A stretch of 64,000 nt of DNA from SAR324 cluster bacterium (GTDB lineage Bacteria > SAR324 > NAC60-12), in contig JADGAT010000005.1 in assembly GCA_015231885.1 (NCBI GenBank), positions 38,381-102,380 of the forward strand, in the 5' to 3' direction. Positions 9,158-19,469 of the stretch are shown piece by piece. Positions within the stretch are counted from its first letter, which is position 1. Every line of letters begins with the position of its first letter. The notes below the pieces were generated by a model, which worked only from the letters and a program-made list of their open reading frames with translations, ran no database searches and was not told the origin of the DNA. The position numbers and the translations under genes are program-made.

Positions 9158-10522
9158 TCAAACAGGGATATCGGTAAAAGTTAGAGTAATCGATAAATAA
9201 ACGATCACCCCCAATAGATCATTAGCTGTGGTGATAAAGGGCCCTGTTGCCAAAGCAGGGTCAATATTAACCCGTTTTAACAACATCGGAACCGCAGAAC
9301 CAACTACAGTGGCTAGAACAACAACTGCGATCAAAGCACACCCAGCAACAATTCCCATGGTCAGATTATCTGTCAAAAGCAATACCATCCCAAACAAAAT
9401 GATCGCACACACAGGACCATTCAAAAAACTAACTCGTAATTCTTTCCAGAGCCGAACAAACAAATCGGTTGCTTGAATCTCTCCTGTTCCCAGTCCGCGA
9501 ACAATAATCGAAGAAGACTGAATTGCAATATTTCCTCCGAGTGCTGCAATGAGTGGTATAAAATACATAACTTCAGGTAATTTTTCTAAATATACCGCAA
9601 ACGATTCCATTGCCAGTGCCGCACCAAAGCCTCCAACCAAACCTAAGATCAGCCATGGAATACGATCCTTTGAAGTACGAAAAACTGAGGTTTCCAGGAC
9701 TTCTTCATCTCCTGTTCCTGCAATATGGCCCAAGTCTTCGTAAAATTCTTCATTCAACACATCCATCACATCATCGATGGTAATTCTGCCGATTAGTTTT
9801 AAGTACTTATCAATGACAGGCACAACTACCAAATCATACTCACGGACAATATTAGCAACATGCTCCTGATCCATCTCCACATCCACAGCAACGACATTTG
9901 GATCCATTAAATCTTTGATAAATGCAGTAGCTTCTGTCAATAACAGCTTGTGGATATCAACAAAGCCAATCAGATGCTGGAACTCATCAATAACATACAC
10001 TATATAGAATTTTTCAATGTCTTCTTTGACCGTATATTTTCGAATTTCCTGAATTGCTTTTGCCACAGTATGCTCTTTTTGGACAGCAACCACATCAGGA
10101 TCCATAATCCCGCCAGCACTTTCGCTGTCATATTTCATCAAGTTCGTGATTTCTTCACGCTCTTTCAAAGGCAAACTGCCCAGAATTTCGTCAGCCTTTT
10201 CTTCATCCAGGACAGCAACCACATCAGCGGCATCATCACCGTCCATTTCTTCAATGAGTCCTCCTAAGGTCTCCGCATTCATTTGCTCCACAACTTCTGT
10301 AAAAACGGGAGAATAATTGTGCAGCTGAGCAAGAACATCCGAAGCAATTTCTTTAGGTAAGGCTTCGAGCAAATCCAACTGGTATTTCAGCTTTAACTGT
10401 AAGAAGCTGTTCATGATCTCAACCACATCAAGGTCTTTTAGTAAACCTCGTAATGCTTCAGTCCTTTGTGTATTGATCAGTTTCTTAATCAGTTTATGAT
10501 GAGATTTTTTTTCAATGCCCAT
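9158..10522 (-). CDS. mgtE: Magnesium transporter MgtE
   Basis: DDAAD, SAGGIM, CBS pair, GRITIDD, R.PWL, GGN..IQSS, IDPALATGPFITT..D. Confidence 0.95.
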   Translation of the reverse strand: MGIEKKSHHKLIKKLINTQRTEALRGLLKDLDVVEIMNSFLQLKLKYQLDLLEALPKEIASDVLAQLHNYSPVFTEVVEQMNAETLGGLIEEMDGDDAADVVAVLDEEKADEILGSLPLKEREEITNLMKYDSESAGGIMDPDVVAVQKEHTVAKAIQEIRKYTVKEDIEKFYIVYVIDEFQHLIGFVDIHKLLLTEATAFIKDLMDPNVVAVDVEMDQEHVANIVREYDLVVVPVIDKYLKLIGRITIDDVMDVLNEEFYEDLGHIAGTGDEEVLETSVFRTSKDRIPWLILGLVGGFGAALAMESFAVYLEKLPEVMYFIPLIAALGGNIAIQSSSIIVRGLGTGEIQATDLFVRLWKELRVSFLNGPVCAIILFGMVLLLTDNLTMGIVAGCALIAVVVLATVVGSAVPMLLKRVNIDPALATGPFITTANDLLGVIVYLSITLTFTDIPV

Positions 10523-10530
10523 AAAAAATT

Positions 10531-11433
10531 TTATGATAAAATTCTTAATTCTTTCATTGTTGCGATCAATGAATGAGAGTGATGTCTGATCTTCACAACT
10601 TCATCGTCAGTCAAATTCAAAGTATCTGCCAAACGGTCCATGAATTGTATTTCCCGATCTGATATATCCCCATCAATGGCAGCCAACAAAAAAGCAGAAG
10701 AAAACACATCAAATTTTGCGCTCTTTTCTGTAATGGAGGTCAACAAGACTTGAAATAAACGGTCCATGTTGTTTGCATACTCTTCAAAGCTACTCTGGAT
10801 TTCCTGAAAGTCCAGTTTTTCCCCACTCCTGTCAAACGAATACAATGCCCTCATTAACCCCAATTCTCGACTGACATCCGACTTTTCATCAGAATGAATG
10901 ACGGCGAGCATCGCTAAAATCCTGGCTTTACTGAGAGATATTTCTGTCGAGGATGATTCAACGGTTTCATGATCCAGCAAATGGTATTTGTTCAAAGTAT
11001 CTGTAATATACTTGGAATGCTCTTCTACCGTCTGGATATCTTCTAATGTCATTCTCAGCGTTTTAGCCAGTCTGTGCAATATTTGAGTTTCTTCTTTGGA
11101 AATATAGCCATCAATGGATGCCAATAAATAGACTGAGGCCAATAAATCCATTTTATCATCTCGGCTGAGCATGGAGTCCTCCAGTTTTTCAAATAAAAAA
11201 TCTAAATCTTTCCCATACTCTGTAAATTGTTTAACATAATCTGGAATCGCAATCCCTGCCAATCGCTGATCAAAAGCACACAGGGCCTCCATTAAGCCCA
11301 TTTCCCGTTTCATTTCATCCTTTTCATCAGAATGAATAACGGCGAGCATTGCCAAGACCTTTGCGTCAGAAAATGTTAACTCCGGAGCCAAAACATTTTC
11401 TTTGAATCGATCGACCATTTTTTTGAAAAACAT
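10531..11433 (-). CDS. Tandem TerB-like domain protein
   Basis: Two internal repeats (LAMLAVIHSDEK...L(A/S).IDG.IS..E). Start taken at MFFKK; the ORF extends to 11481. Confidence 0.65.
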   Translation of the reverse strand: MFFKKMVDRFKENVLAPELTFSDAKVLAMLAVIHSDEKDEMKREMGLMEALCAFDQRLAGIAIPDYVKQFTEYGKDLDFLFEKLEDSMLSRDDKMDLLASVYLLASIDGYISKEETQILHRLAKTLRMTLEDIQTVEEHSKYITDTLNKYHLLDHETVESSSTEISLSKARILAMLAVIHSDEKSDVSRELGLMRALYSFDRSGEKLDFQEIQSSFEEYANNMDRLFQVLLTSITEKSAKFDVFSSAFLLAAIDGDISDREIQFMDRLADTLNLTDDEVVKIRHHSHSLIATMKELRILS

Positions 11434-11628
11434 GCACTTCCTTTTTCTGGAAAATAGTACAATTCTGATCACCCCAGTCACTAAATGGAATAAACAATAT
11501 GCTGCTTAAATAGAAGAATTTTGTTATAAAAGCAACAAAGAATTGAAATAAATGTTGACGAAAATGTTAAAAATAGAGTACAAAGTAAGTTTATTTTTTT
11601 AATCAATATACTCAATAAGGAGTTCTGG

Positions 11629-12255
11629 ATGTCACAAGAAACACTGACAGCAAAAGTACGTCATTCCAGTGGAAAAAAAATTACCCGCAAATTGAGAAAA
11701 TTAGATAAAATTCCTGCAATTCTTTATGGTTCTGGCCAAGCTACGATGCTAGAAATGGATGAAGTGCCCACACGACAATCCATTGAGAAAATGTATGGAG
11801 CTCATCAGCTGGTTCCCTTGCAAATCATAGAAAACGATAAAGATCCTGTAGAGCATCAGGTTCTCATCCAAGAAATTCAAAAGCACCCTTACAAGCGTAA
11901 AATCGTTCATTTGGATTTGCGTCAACTGGATGCTGATAAACACATCATATTAAATATACCTCTACGGATAACTGGAGTTGCTCCTGGAATCAAAAAAGGA
12001 GGCTCACTGCAACTCATTGTACGCGAAGTTCCTATTCGTTGTCTACCTTCTAATATTCCAGAATATATTGAAGTCGATGTATCTGATCTGGATTTCAATG
12101 AAACCATACGAGTCCAAGAAGCCAAATACCCAGAAGCTATATCTTGTTGTGCCAAAGAAAATTATACGATTGTGACTATCATTGGTAGAAAAGCAGAAAC
12201 AGAACTGGAACAAGAACAAGAAGAGGAAACCGTCGAAGAACAGCCGGAAGAATGA
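11629..12255 (+). CDS. rplY: 50S ribosomal protein L25 (Ctc form)
   Basis: RKLR...IPAILYG, IQKHP, GIKKGG, LP.NIPE.IEVDVS. AGGAG RBS. Confidence 0.93.
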   Translation: MSQETLTAKVRHSSGKKITRKLRKLDKIPAILYGSGQATMLEMDEVPTRQSIEKMYGAHQLVPLQIIENDKDPVEHQVLIQEIQKHPYKRKIVHLDLRQLDADKHIILNIPLRITGVAPGIKKGGSLQLIVREVPIRCLPSNIPEYIEVDVSDLDFNETIRVQEAKYPEAISCCAKENYTIVTIIGRKAETELEQEQEEETVEEQPEE

Positions 12256-12824
12256 AATTAATTGTAGGACTGGGCAACCCTGGTGCAGGTTACGAACAGA
12301 ATCGGCATAATATTGGTTTTTTGGTTCTAGATCAGCTTGCTAAACACTTGGGGGGGGCCTCTTTTCGCGAAAAATTTCATGCTCTCATTGCAAAATCCAG
12401 CGTTGGCAGTGAAAATTTTATTTTGATGAAGCCTCTGACTTTTATGAATAACAGTGGGCAAGCGGTTGTTGCCTGCATGAATTTTTTTAAAATTTCAGTA
12501 AACGAGGTTGCCATTATCTACGATGATCTGGATTTGCCGACAGGAAAAGTCAGATTTCGTGTAAGTGGAGGACATGGGGGGCACAATGGAATCCGATCCA
12601 TTATCCAGCATCTAAAAACACAGGATTTTAAACGAATTCGTTTTGGCATTGGCCGCCCTCCTCAAGGAATGGCACCACGCGATTATGTCCTGAGTAATTG
12701 GAATGAGTCCGATAAGCAGCAGATCAACCAGGTTCAGGAAGAAACCATACCGCATCTGATGCGATTTATAAGCCATTCCGAATTCAAAGATACATCCCTT
12801 CATGCTATCCATGAGGAGAACTAG
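12252..12824 (+). CDS. pth: Peptidyl-tRNA hydrolase
   Basis: LIVGLGNPG..Y..RHNIGF, KP.TFMN.SG, GGHNG. Confidence 0.97.
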   Translation: MKLIVGLGNPGAGYEQNRHNIGFLVLDQLAKHLGGASFREKFHALIAKSSVGSENFILMKPLTFMNNSGQAVVACMNFFKISVNEVAIIYDDLDLPTGKVRFRVSGGHGGHNGIRSIIQHLKTQDFKRIRFGIGRPPQGMAPRDYVLSNWNESDKQQINQVQEETIPHLMRFISHSEFKDTSLHAIHEEN

Positions 12825-12852
12825 TATCAAATGTATTTATTGATTATTGCAT

Positions 12853-12878
12853 TTGAATCAGCCCGGTTGCTGATTCAA
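12853..12878. other. Perfect 10-bp hairpin between pth and rpsF
   Basis: TTGAATCAGC-ccggtt-GCTGATTCAA. Confidence 0.6.
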
Positions 12879-12887
12879 CAGTAATTT

Positions 12888-12924
12888 TTCCTTGTCTGCA
12901 AGAGCAGGCTTAACTCGAAAGGAA
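12888..12924 (+). promoter_or_regulatory. S6:S18 ribosomal-protein leader RNA
   Basis: TTCCTT-GTCTGC-aaga-GCAGGC-ttaactcg-AAAGGAA directly upstream of rpsF. It has the architecture of the E. coli rpsF leader (TTCCTTG...stem...CCGTAAGGAG), with CUCG in place of UCCG. Confidence 0.65.
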
Positions 12925-12934
12925 ATGGAACCTT

Positions 12935-13459
12935 ATGGAAGGATATGAATCCGTTATCATTACAGACCCTGACTTAACAGAAGAAGATACGTCAGGCATT
13001 CTTGACAAAGTCAAAGATACGATTACCAGCCATGGTGGAGAAGTACAGAAATACCATTTATGGGGACGACGTCGATTGGCATACTTAATCAATAAAAAAA
13101 ATTATGGTGTCTATCACATTTTCTATTTCACTGGAGATGGAGAACTATTAAATGATCTCAACCAATATTATCGTTACTCAGAAAATATTCTGCGTTTTCA
13201 AACAATAAAAGTTGAAAATATCCAGGAAGAATTTGATAGATTTCTTGAATACTTAAAAGCCGCTGCGGCCCCCCAGAACCCCAAACGTCATAACGAGAGA
13301 GCGAACACTCCTGCTCAAAAAGTAGGGGATCAAACAGTAGAAACAGAAATAGCGGCAGAAGGAGCAGCAGATGCTCCTGAAGAAAAAGAACCTGAAACAG
13401 AGCTAGAAGCAGTCACCTCAGAGGAAGATACAACCATGAACAGCGAAGAGGAGAAATAA
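12935..13459 (+). CDS. rpsF: 30S ribosomal protein S6 with acidic C-terminal tail
   Basis: [20 protein letters not shown]. Confidence 0.93.
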   Translation: MEGYESVIITDPDLTEEDTSGILDKVKDTITSHGGEVQKYHLWGRRRLAYLINKKNYGVYHIFYFTGDGELLNDLNQYYRYSENILRFQTIKVENIQEEFDRFLEYLKAAAAPQNPKRHNERANTPAQKVGDQTVETEIAAEGAADAPEEKEPETELEAVTSEEDTTMNSEEEK

Positions 13460-13460
13460 C

Positions 13461-13721
13461 ATGTCATATAAAAGCCAGCGTCGAAAAATTCTTGCTCGAA
13501 AACGCAAATTCTGTCCTTTTCGAGAAGCAGGTGTCCAATCCATCAATTACAAAGATATCAATACACTCAAAGATTATATAACAGAGTGTGGAAAAATCAT
13601 TCCAAGCCGAATTTCAGGTGTGTCGGTTCCTTATCAGCGTATGCTAAAAAGAGAAGTCAAACGCGCACGTAATTTAGCCTTATTATCCTATACAGAAGGA
13701 TATATTTCTCCTGATGCTTAG
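13461..13721 (+). CDS. rpsR: 30S ribosomal protein S18
   Basis: [21 protein letters not shown]...QR...VKRAR.LALL. Confidence 0.96.
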   Translation: MSYKSQRRKILARKRKFCPFREAGVQSINYKDINTLKDYITECGKIIPSRISGVSVPYQRMLKREVKRARNLALLSYTEGYISPDA

Positions 13722-13791
13722 AAACCAACAGTAAGCGTGCCATTTTCTCCAGTATTTTGTTTATGAAAAACTGTTTATTAAGAGAAGTACC

Positions 13792-14340
13792 GTGAAAATC
13801 ATATTAACTCAAGATGTTCCTAATTTAGGGGTAGTTGGCGACCAGATTCAAGTCAAGCCTGGGTATGCGCGTAATTATCTAATACCCCAAAGTAAAGCAA
13901 TATTAGCAACAAGTAAAAAATCAAAAGAATTGCAGCACCGCATGAAATTCTTCGAAAAATTGCGGCAAGCTGCTATAGAAGCTGCCAAAGGGGAAGCTGA
14001 GAAGCTAAAAGAGCTTCAATTGGAAATTACTAAAAAGTCTGGCTCTGGTGGACGCTTATTTGGTTCCGTCACCAGCAAGGATATCTCAGAATTACTGCAA
14101 GAAAAAGGATTTGAAATCGCTCGCCGTGATATCGTATCATACGAACCAATCAAGACGGTTGGTACTCACACTGTTAGCGTGAAATTACATACCACTGTCA
14201 AAGTGGATGTAACTATCCAGGTACAGGGCGATGCAGTAGAGTCAAAGCTCGCTCCTCCGCAAGAAGATGAAGCCTTGCAAACCGAAATACCATCTACAGA
14301 GACAGAAACCGTGGATGTCGAAGATTCTACAGAATCGTAA
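13792..14340 (+). CDS. rplI: 50S ribosomal protein L9
   Basis: IIL.QDV..LG..GD...VKPGYARNYLIP, GRLFGSVT. Confidence 0.96.
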   Translation: MKIILTQDVPNLGVVGDQIQVKPGYARNYLIPQSKAILATSKKSKELQHRMKFFEKLRQAAIEAAKGEAEKLKELQLEITKKSGSGGRLFGSVTSKDISELLQEKGFEIARRDIVSYEPIKTVGTHTVSVKLHTTVKVDVTIQVQGDAVESKLAPPQEDEALQTEIPSTETETVDVEDSTES

Positions 14341-14400
14341 GCTGATCATTATCAAGACGTAGATGCATGAGTGCCTGAGCACTCCTCCTTGTTGGTTTGT

Positions 14401-15747
14401 ATGGCTTCTCAGACACTTCCTTCAGAAATATTGCCCCACGATAAGCTTGCAGAACAAGCTGTTTTAGGGGCAATTATTCTCAAAAATGAACTTCTGCTCG
14501 AGTTGGCAGACATCCTCTCTCCCAACGACTTTTTTGCACCGGCACATCAAAAAATTTATCAAATAGCCCTAGAGCTCCACACGAACAAAGAACCTATTGA
14601 TGAGGTCACGCTAGGAACGCTTCTTAAAGACCGCAACCTTCTCGACCAAACAGGAGGAGCACATTACTTGGTTGAATTAGCACAATCGACTCCAATCATC
14701 GACAATGTGACTCACTATGCGCAAATGATCCGAAAAAAAGGAAAGTTGCGTGAGTTGATCACTACAGCAAATGAGATCGCAACCGGTAGTGTCGAATCGG
14801 CCAAGGATGTGGAAGAACTGATTCGGGAGGCGACAGAAAAAATCAGCGGCATCGAAGGCGACAATGCAGAACGGCAATATGAAAGCATAGAACAAATATT
14901 TCATGGCTATTTTGAAGCATTAGAACAGCGATCTTTATCACCAGAAACTGTAACAGGACTGCCAACAGGATTCACCGAACTGGATGAACTGACACACGGC
15001 CTGCAAAAAGGAGATCTTATTATTGTAGCAGCTCGCCCATCCATGGGAAAAACTGCTTTTGCTATGAATGTCGGTTTTTATGCGGCCATACAAACCAAAG
15101 CACCTGTCCTGATTTTTAGCTTAGAGATGCCAAAAGCACACATTGCCATGCGTTTATTATGCAGCCAAGGGCAAGTAGACACTCATAAACTGCAAACAGG
15201 GCATCTGGAACAGCAAGATTGGGACAATCTATCCGTGGCTGCCGCAAAAATAATGGATGCTCCCCTCTTCGTTGATGATCAGGGAGGGATTACTTCTAGT
15301 CATGTTCGACGGATTGCAAAACAAGTAGAGTTTGAAAAAGGGCCACTGGGATTGATTGTTATTGATTATTTGCAACTGATGCAGGGAGCATCTCGGACCA
15401 ACTCCAGAGAACAGGAAATTTCTGAAATTTCCAGAAACCTGAAAACTATTGCAAAAGAGTTCAATACTCCTATTGTTGCACTGTCCCAATTAAATCGAGA
15501 TTTGGAAAGACGAACAGATAAAAGGCCCATGATGGCAGATTTGAGAGAATCAGGAGCTATTGAACAAGATGCAGATATTATTATGTTTATTTATCGAGAT
15601 GAGGTGTACCATGAAGAAACAGAAGATCAGGGAATTGCAGAAATCATTGTGGCAAAACACCGTAATGGAGAAATAGGCACCAAGCGATTGGCATTTATTG
15701 GAAAGTATACCAAATTTGCTAATTTGACACTTCGGGAAAACACTTAA
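14401..15747 (+). CDS. dnaB: Replicative DNA helicase
   Basis: AEQAVLG, AARPSMGKT, FSLEM, IDYLQL, LSQLNR, DLRESGAIEQDAD, KHRNG. The ATG at 14401 is preferred over the GTG at 14371. Confidence 0.97.
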   Translation: MASQTLPSEILPHDKLAEQAVLGAIILKNELLLELADILSPNDFFAPAHQKIYQIALELHTNKEPIDEVTLGTLLKDRNLLDQTGGAHYLVELAQSTPIIDNVTHYAQMIRKKGKLRELITTANEIATGSVESAKDVEELIREATEKISGIEGDNAERQYESIEQIFHGYFEALEQRSLSPETVTGLPTGFTELDELTHGLQKGDLIIVAARPSMGKTAFAMNVGFYAAIQTKAPVLIFSLEMPKAHIAMRLLCSQGQVDTHKLQTGHLEQQDWDNLSVAAAKIMDAPLFVDDQGGITSSHVRRIAKQVEFEKGPLGLIVIDYLQLMQGASRTNSREQEISEISRNLKTIAKEFNTPIVALSQLNRDLERRTDKRPMMADLRESGAIEQDADIIMFIYRDEVYHEETEDQGIAEIIVAKHRNGEIGTKRLAFIGKYTKFANLTLRENT

Positions 15748-15790
15748 AATTTGAAACGTTTTCCTTCATTCCCCTATATAGAGAGACCTC

Positions 15791-16795
15791 ATGGCATCGT
15801 TATCATCCTTGGATTTAGGCAACGAGCTCGGAGATTTATTAGAAGATGGAAAGCTTGTTGAATCAGCAGTACTCCTGGTTCCACCTAACATTCCATTGAC
15901 TTGTTTTCCAGCCATCATTGAAAAATTACTATCTCTCTTACTCACAAGAGAATGGGAGCAATTGAGTGAAAGAGCACAAAATTATTTAAAATGGATTTCG
16001 GTCAAAGCTGAGTCTATTGACGTATTGGTTCCCATAGATGTCTATCCTCCAACCAAGGGTTTTGAAATGTTGTCCATTGATCGCGAAGGTAGAAGCTTTG
16101 GAGGCATCCTGGAGCAATGTAAAGCTTTAGAAATTCCACCCGTATTACTCCGATTTGCCTCTTTAATCGTTGTTTTAATTACTCTCAGGCTATTGAGACG
16201 GCAAACCGTCCTGTCTCATGAAAACCTTGCCTCTCTCAAGTTCACACAAAATGTAGATGCGGATTACCTAAACTATCCCATGGCCCTAAAGTTGCTTCTC
16301 CGATTATTTCCTGAATATATACGTATGTTTTACCTGGAGGTCAATGAGGGGATTACCAAAGATTATTTAAAAACTCTACGGGCATTATCAGAGGATCTGG
16401 AAATTGGGTTTGTGCTGGACGATTCCAATAAAATGGATGTTGATGTGCATTGGGAATTGCTGGATTTGTCTGATTGGATTAAAATTGATTTTCAGGCAAC
16501 TCGATCGCTTGAGCGTCATTTGGAAGCAGATAGAGGAGAGGAAATTATTTCACACTTTGAAAAATATGCCACTGGATCCGGTTCCCGGGTTATCGTTTTG
16601 GAAGGGTTGGGAGAAAGTTCTCCTTTGAAAACCTTCCTCCAGGAAAATTGGCAATATGCTGAAACGGCACTCTATTATCAAAGTAGAGAAAGGCTTCCAG
16701 TCCCTCCTTGGGATCGATACTTTGGATTGATCCAGGATTACGAACCAAGCGAATTTGGATTATTTTTTAAAGGATTACTCACAAAAGAGAAATGA
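15791..16795 (+). CDS. Highly diverged EAL-domain-like protein
   Basis: Motifs occur in EAL order: GFEML, TQNV, LEVNE, VLDDS, IKIDF, VLEG, YYQ. Confidence 0.55.
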   Translation: MASLSSLDLGNELGDLLEDGKLVESAVLLVPPNIPLTCFPAIIEKLLSLLLTREWEQLSERAQNYLKWISVKAESIDVLVPIDVYPPTKGFEMLSIDREGRSFGGILEQCKALEIPPVLLRFASLIVVLITLRLLRRQTVLSHENLASLKFTQNVDADYLNYPMALKLLLRLFPEYIRMFYLEVNEGITKDYLKTLRALSEDLEIGFVLDDSNKMDVDVHWELLDLSDWIKIDFQATRSLERHLEADRGEEIISHFEKYATGSGSRVIVLEGLGESSPLKTFLQENWQYAETALYYQSRERLPVPPWDRYFGLIQDYEPSEFGLFFKGLLTKEK

Positions 16796-17586
16796 GTGCT
16801 GAATTAGTCCGTTTGAAAAAACTAAGCATATTGGCAGATGAGCTCACCTCTTCTGGAAAAATCGAAGCATCCCGGAATAAGATAATTGACGGGTTGGAAC
16901 TCGCAATCGAAATTGAGGAGCAACCATATTTTTATTTTTTTCAAGGGGAACTCAACTATTTAGACGAGCATTTATTGGCAGCAGTTGAGTATTATCGTGT
17001 CGCTTCTGAACTGGAACCCAGAAGTCCCTTCATTCTGCGAGGTTTAGGAGTTGCCTATAGTAAACAGAATTGTGTCAGAAAAGCCATTGCAATTTTTGAT
17101 CGTGCCTCAAAAATGAATCCTTATGACCACCGACTGTGGAGACAGAAAGGCGTGACTCTTTCTAAGATGAAAGAATTCGACAAAGCCTTGAAATGTTTTG
17201 ATCGTGCAATAAAATTAGATGCTAACGACTATCATTCCTATCGGCAACGTGGTGTCACCCTCATCAATGCAGGACAATACGAAGAAGCCATATATATGTT
17301 CTCTAAGACGCTGCTCCTGAACCCTAATGATTTCCGTGCATTATACGAAAAAGGCAAGGCACTGAACTACGCAGGCCATGGTGCAGAAGCCCTTCGAGCC
17401 CACAGTCTTTCCGTTGAAATCGAGAAAAGAGTCACTCACGTTCCATCTCGAGAATCACTTCTTGCACGCATCAAAATGAATCGTATCCGCAAAAATCAAA
17501 TACGCATTCTAGGAGAATTTCGTTCAGCCATTCAAGAAGAATCTATCCCTCTTTTTAAGAAACGATCCACTCATCTTGCTAAATAA
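16792..17586 (+). CDS. Tetratricopeptide repeat protein
   Basis: Repeated 34-aa units (e.g. WRQKGVTL..M.EF.KA..CFDRAI.LD). Overlaps the upstream stop (ATGA). Confidence 0.9.
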   Translation: MSAELVRLKKLSILADELTSSGKIEASRNKIIDGLELAIEIEEQPYFYFFQGELNYLDEHLLAAVEYYRVASELEPRSPFILRGLGVAYSKQNCVRKAIAIFDRASKMNPYDHRLWRQKGVTLSKMKEFDKALKCFDRAIKLDANDYHSYRQRGVTLINAGQYEEAIYMFSKTLLLNPNDFRALYEKGKALNYAGHGAEALRAHSLSVEIEKRVTHVPSRESLLARIKMNRIRKNQIRILGEFRSAIQEESIPLFKKRSTHLAK

Positions 17587-17599
17587 AACGACACTACTT

Positions 17600-18670
17600 T
17601 CACTGCTTCCAGGTAAATGTTTTGTTGGCCAAATAATTCCAACTGATTCCAACCCAAATTCCCAACATACTAGCCAACCACCAGGAATGTCCCTGTAACA
17701 CCAAATACCATGCAATGGCCAAGTTATACAGACTCCCTAATGAGCAGGCAGCATTATACCGGACCAGGCCTTTCCACCATTCTGATTTTAAGAAGCGCTG
17801 CCTGGCAAAAGTCCACTGATTGTTCCAGATATAATTGGAGAGCAGTGCAATTTCAATAGCAAACACGAGAGACACTCCATAATGCCATCCCCACTTGACA
17901 TAGAGCAGATAAAGTGCAGCAAAATGAACGGCTACCCCAGAGGCTCCAATAATACCATAATGAATAAACTGCAGGCTGAAACGTGCAAAAAATGTTTGGG
18001 AGATCAGCAAATCAATAAAATCAAGGACCACTTTTGTATCCATTTTGCTGGTTCCGTGGAGACGTTTTCCAAATTCATAATGCAGTTCCTTGATTTTTGC
18101 ACGAGGACATTTCAACAGGAGGTCTAACAAAATTTTAAACCCTTCACTGTATAAATCAGGAGCCACTTCATGAACTATGGATCGCTTCAACATAAAAAAT
18201 CCACTAAGGGGATCGGTGACCTCTCTTTTTAAAAAATGACATGCCAGTTGCGTAGCCAGCCTACTGCCCCAAAGACGCAACCGATTCCAGCCTGGTATGG
18301 ACTTTTGCTCGAGATATCGTGAACCAATCACAATATCGTACTCGCCCATGTGCTCTAACATCACAGGCAAAAGTCGTAAATCATGCTGCATGTCTGCATC
18401 TACGACGGCCACAGACTCTCCCTTACCCAACAAAAACCCTTCAATCACAGCAGATGTTAAACCTTTCCGATGAATCCTTCGGATCAGTTGTATATTTTGA
18501 TGCTGCAGTGACATCTCCTTTGCCAACTGCCAGGTACCATCTTCTGAGTTGTCATCAACGATGATGATTTCATACAGATGTCCTTTCAATATTTGCTGGA
18601 GCTGCTCTACAATAAGAGGAAGGTTGGGGCACTCGTTATAAGTGGGAATGATAATGGATAGCTGAGTCAT
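17600..18670 (-). CDS. Polyprenol-phosphate glycosyltransferase (GT2, DPM1-like) fused to a GtrA domain
   Basis: SIIIPTYNE, IVDDNS.DGT, DADMQHD, VIGSRY, DPLSGFF; hydrophobic GtrA-like tail (NY.WN..WTF). Confidence 0.9.
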   Translation of the reverse strand: MTQLSIIIPTYNECPNLPLIVEQLQQILKGHLYEIIIVDDNSEDGTWQLAKEMSLQHQNIQLIRRIHRKGLTSAVIEGFLLGKGESVAVVDADMQHDLRLLPVMLEHMGEYDIVIGSRYLEQKSIPGWNRLRLWGSRLATQLACHFLKREVTDPLSGFFMLKRSIVHEVAPDLYSEGFKILLDLLLKCPRAKIKELHYEFGKRLHGTSKMDTKVVLDFIDLLISQTFFARFSLQFIHYGIIGASGVAVHFAALYLLYVKWGWHYGVSLVFAIEIALLSNYIWNNQWTFARQRFLKSEWWKGLVRYNAACSLGSLYNLAIAWYLVLQGHSWWLASMLGIWVGISWNYLANKTFTWKQ

Positions 18671-18693
18671 TGCTGTGATATGGGATGAAGGAG

Positions 18694-19443
18694 TTAGAAA
18701 GTATAAAAACCTTGAAACGATGCTGTAGACCAAACAGAAGTATCAAAAGTGTCTTGACCAATCATGATCTTACGAAAATAAGGACCTTTTTTGTCCAATG
18801 TATGATGTGATACATTAGGAATAATAGGAAGCGTGGCTGACGGAACCGAATAAAAATGAGTGTGCTTCCAGTGAAACTCAAATTCGTAATGAATGTGTCC
18901 AAAAAATATATGCAAAGGACTGACACTCTCTGACAAAATCTGGTAAAATGAATCTCTCCAGGGCAGTACACATTCCTCATCAAAAAAACGATAGCCTACG
19001 GCAATAGGAGGATAGTGTGTAAAAAGGTAGACTGGATGGCTACTTTGGCTTAAAAAATCTTTTAATGCTTGCAGGTCGATTTGTGGAAGCGATTCGGCAG
19101 AAGTATCAAAAAACAGAATCGATGCATAACTCCACTCTTTCCAACATTGAAATCCTGTAGAGAAGTTATCTGCAAAAACGGCATCAAACATTGTGCCGCG
19201 ATCATGATTACCTTTGAGTGCCACCCATGGAATGCCTAAATTACTCAATGTTTGTTTTAAATACCTGTAAGAATTGAGTTCTGGTACTTTAGCAGCAAGG
19301 TCACCACTGACGATCAGTAAATCAGGAGATTCTTTTTGAATACAAGGGATCAACTTTTCAAACTCCTGGCACACATTGGCACGATCCTCACTCTCTGTAA
19401 GAGCGAGACTGATATGCAGGTCAGAAATTTGAATGATATACAT
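18694..19443 (-). CDS. Metallophosphoesterase, CpdA/Icc-like
   Basis: ISDLH, SGDL, GNHD, THYPP, GHIH. Confidence 0.85.
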   Translation of the reverse strand: MYIIQISDLHISLALTESEDRANVCQEFEKLIPCIQKESPDLLIVSGDLAAKVPELNSYRYLKQTLSNLGIPWVALKGNHDRGTMFDAVFADNFSTGFQCWKEWSYASILFFDTSAESLPQIDLQALKDFLSQSSHPVYLFTHYPPIAVGYRFFDEECVLPWRDSFYQILSESVSPLHIFFGHIHYEFEFHWKHTHFYSVPSATLPIIPNVSHHTLDKKGPYFRKIMIGQDTFDTSVWSTASFQGFYTF

Positions 19444-19469
19444 CTTCTTCTTGCATGAAGAACTGCCGA

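Noticed and set aside
11555-11583. Sigma70 promoter for rplY (TTGACG-17-TACAAA)
   Set aside because: It is plausible, but the -10 lacks the conserved final T and the AT-rich context makes a chance match likely.
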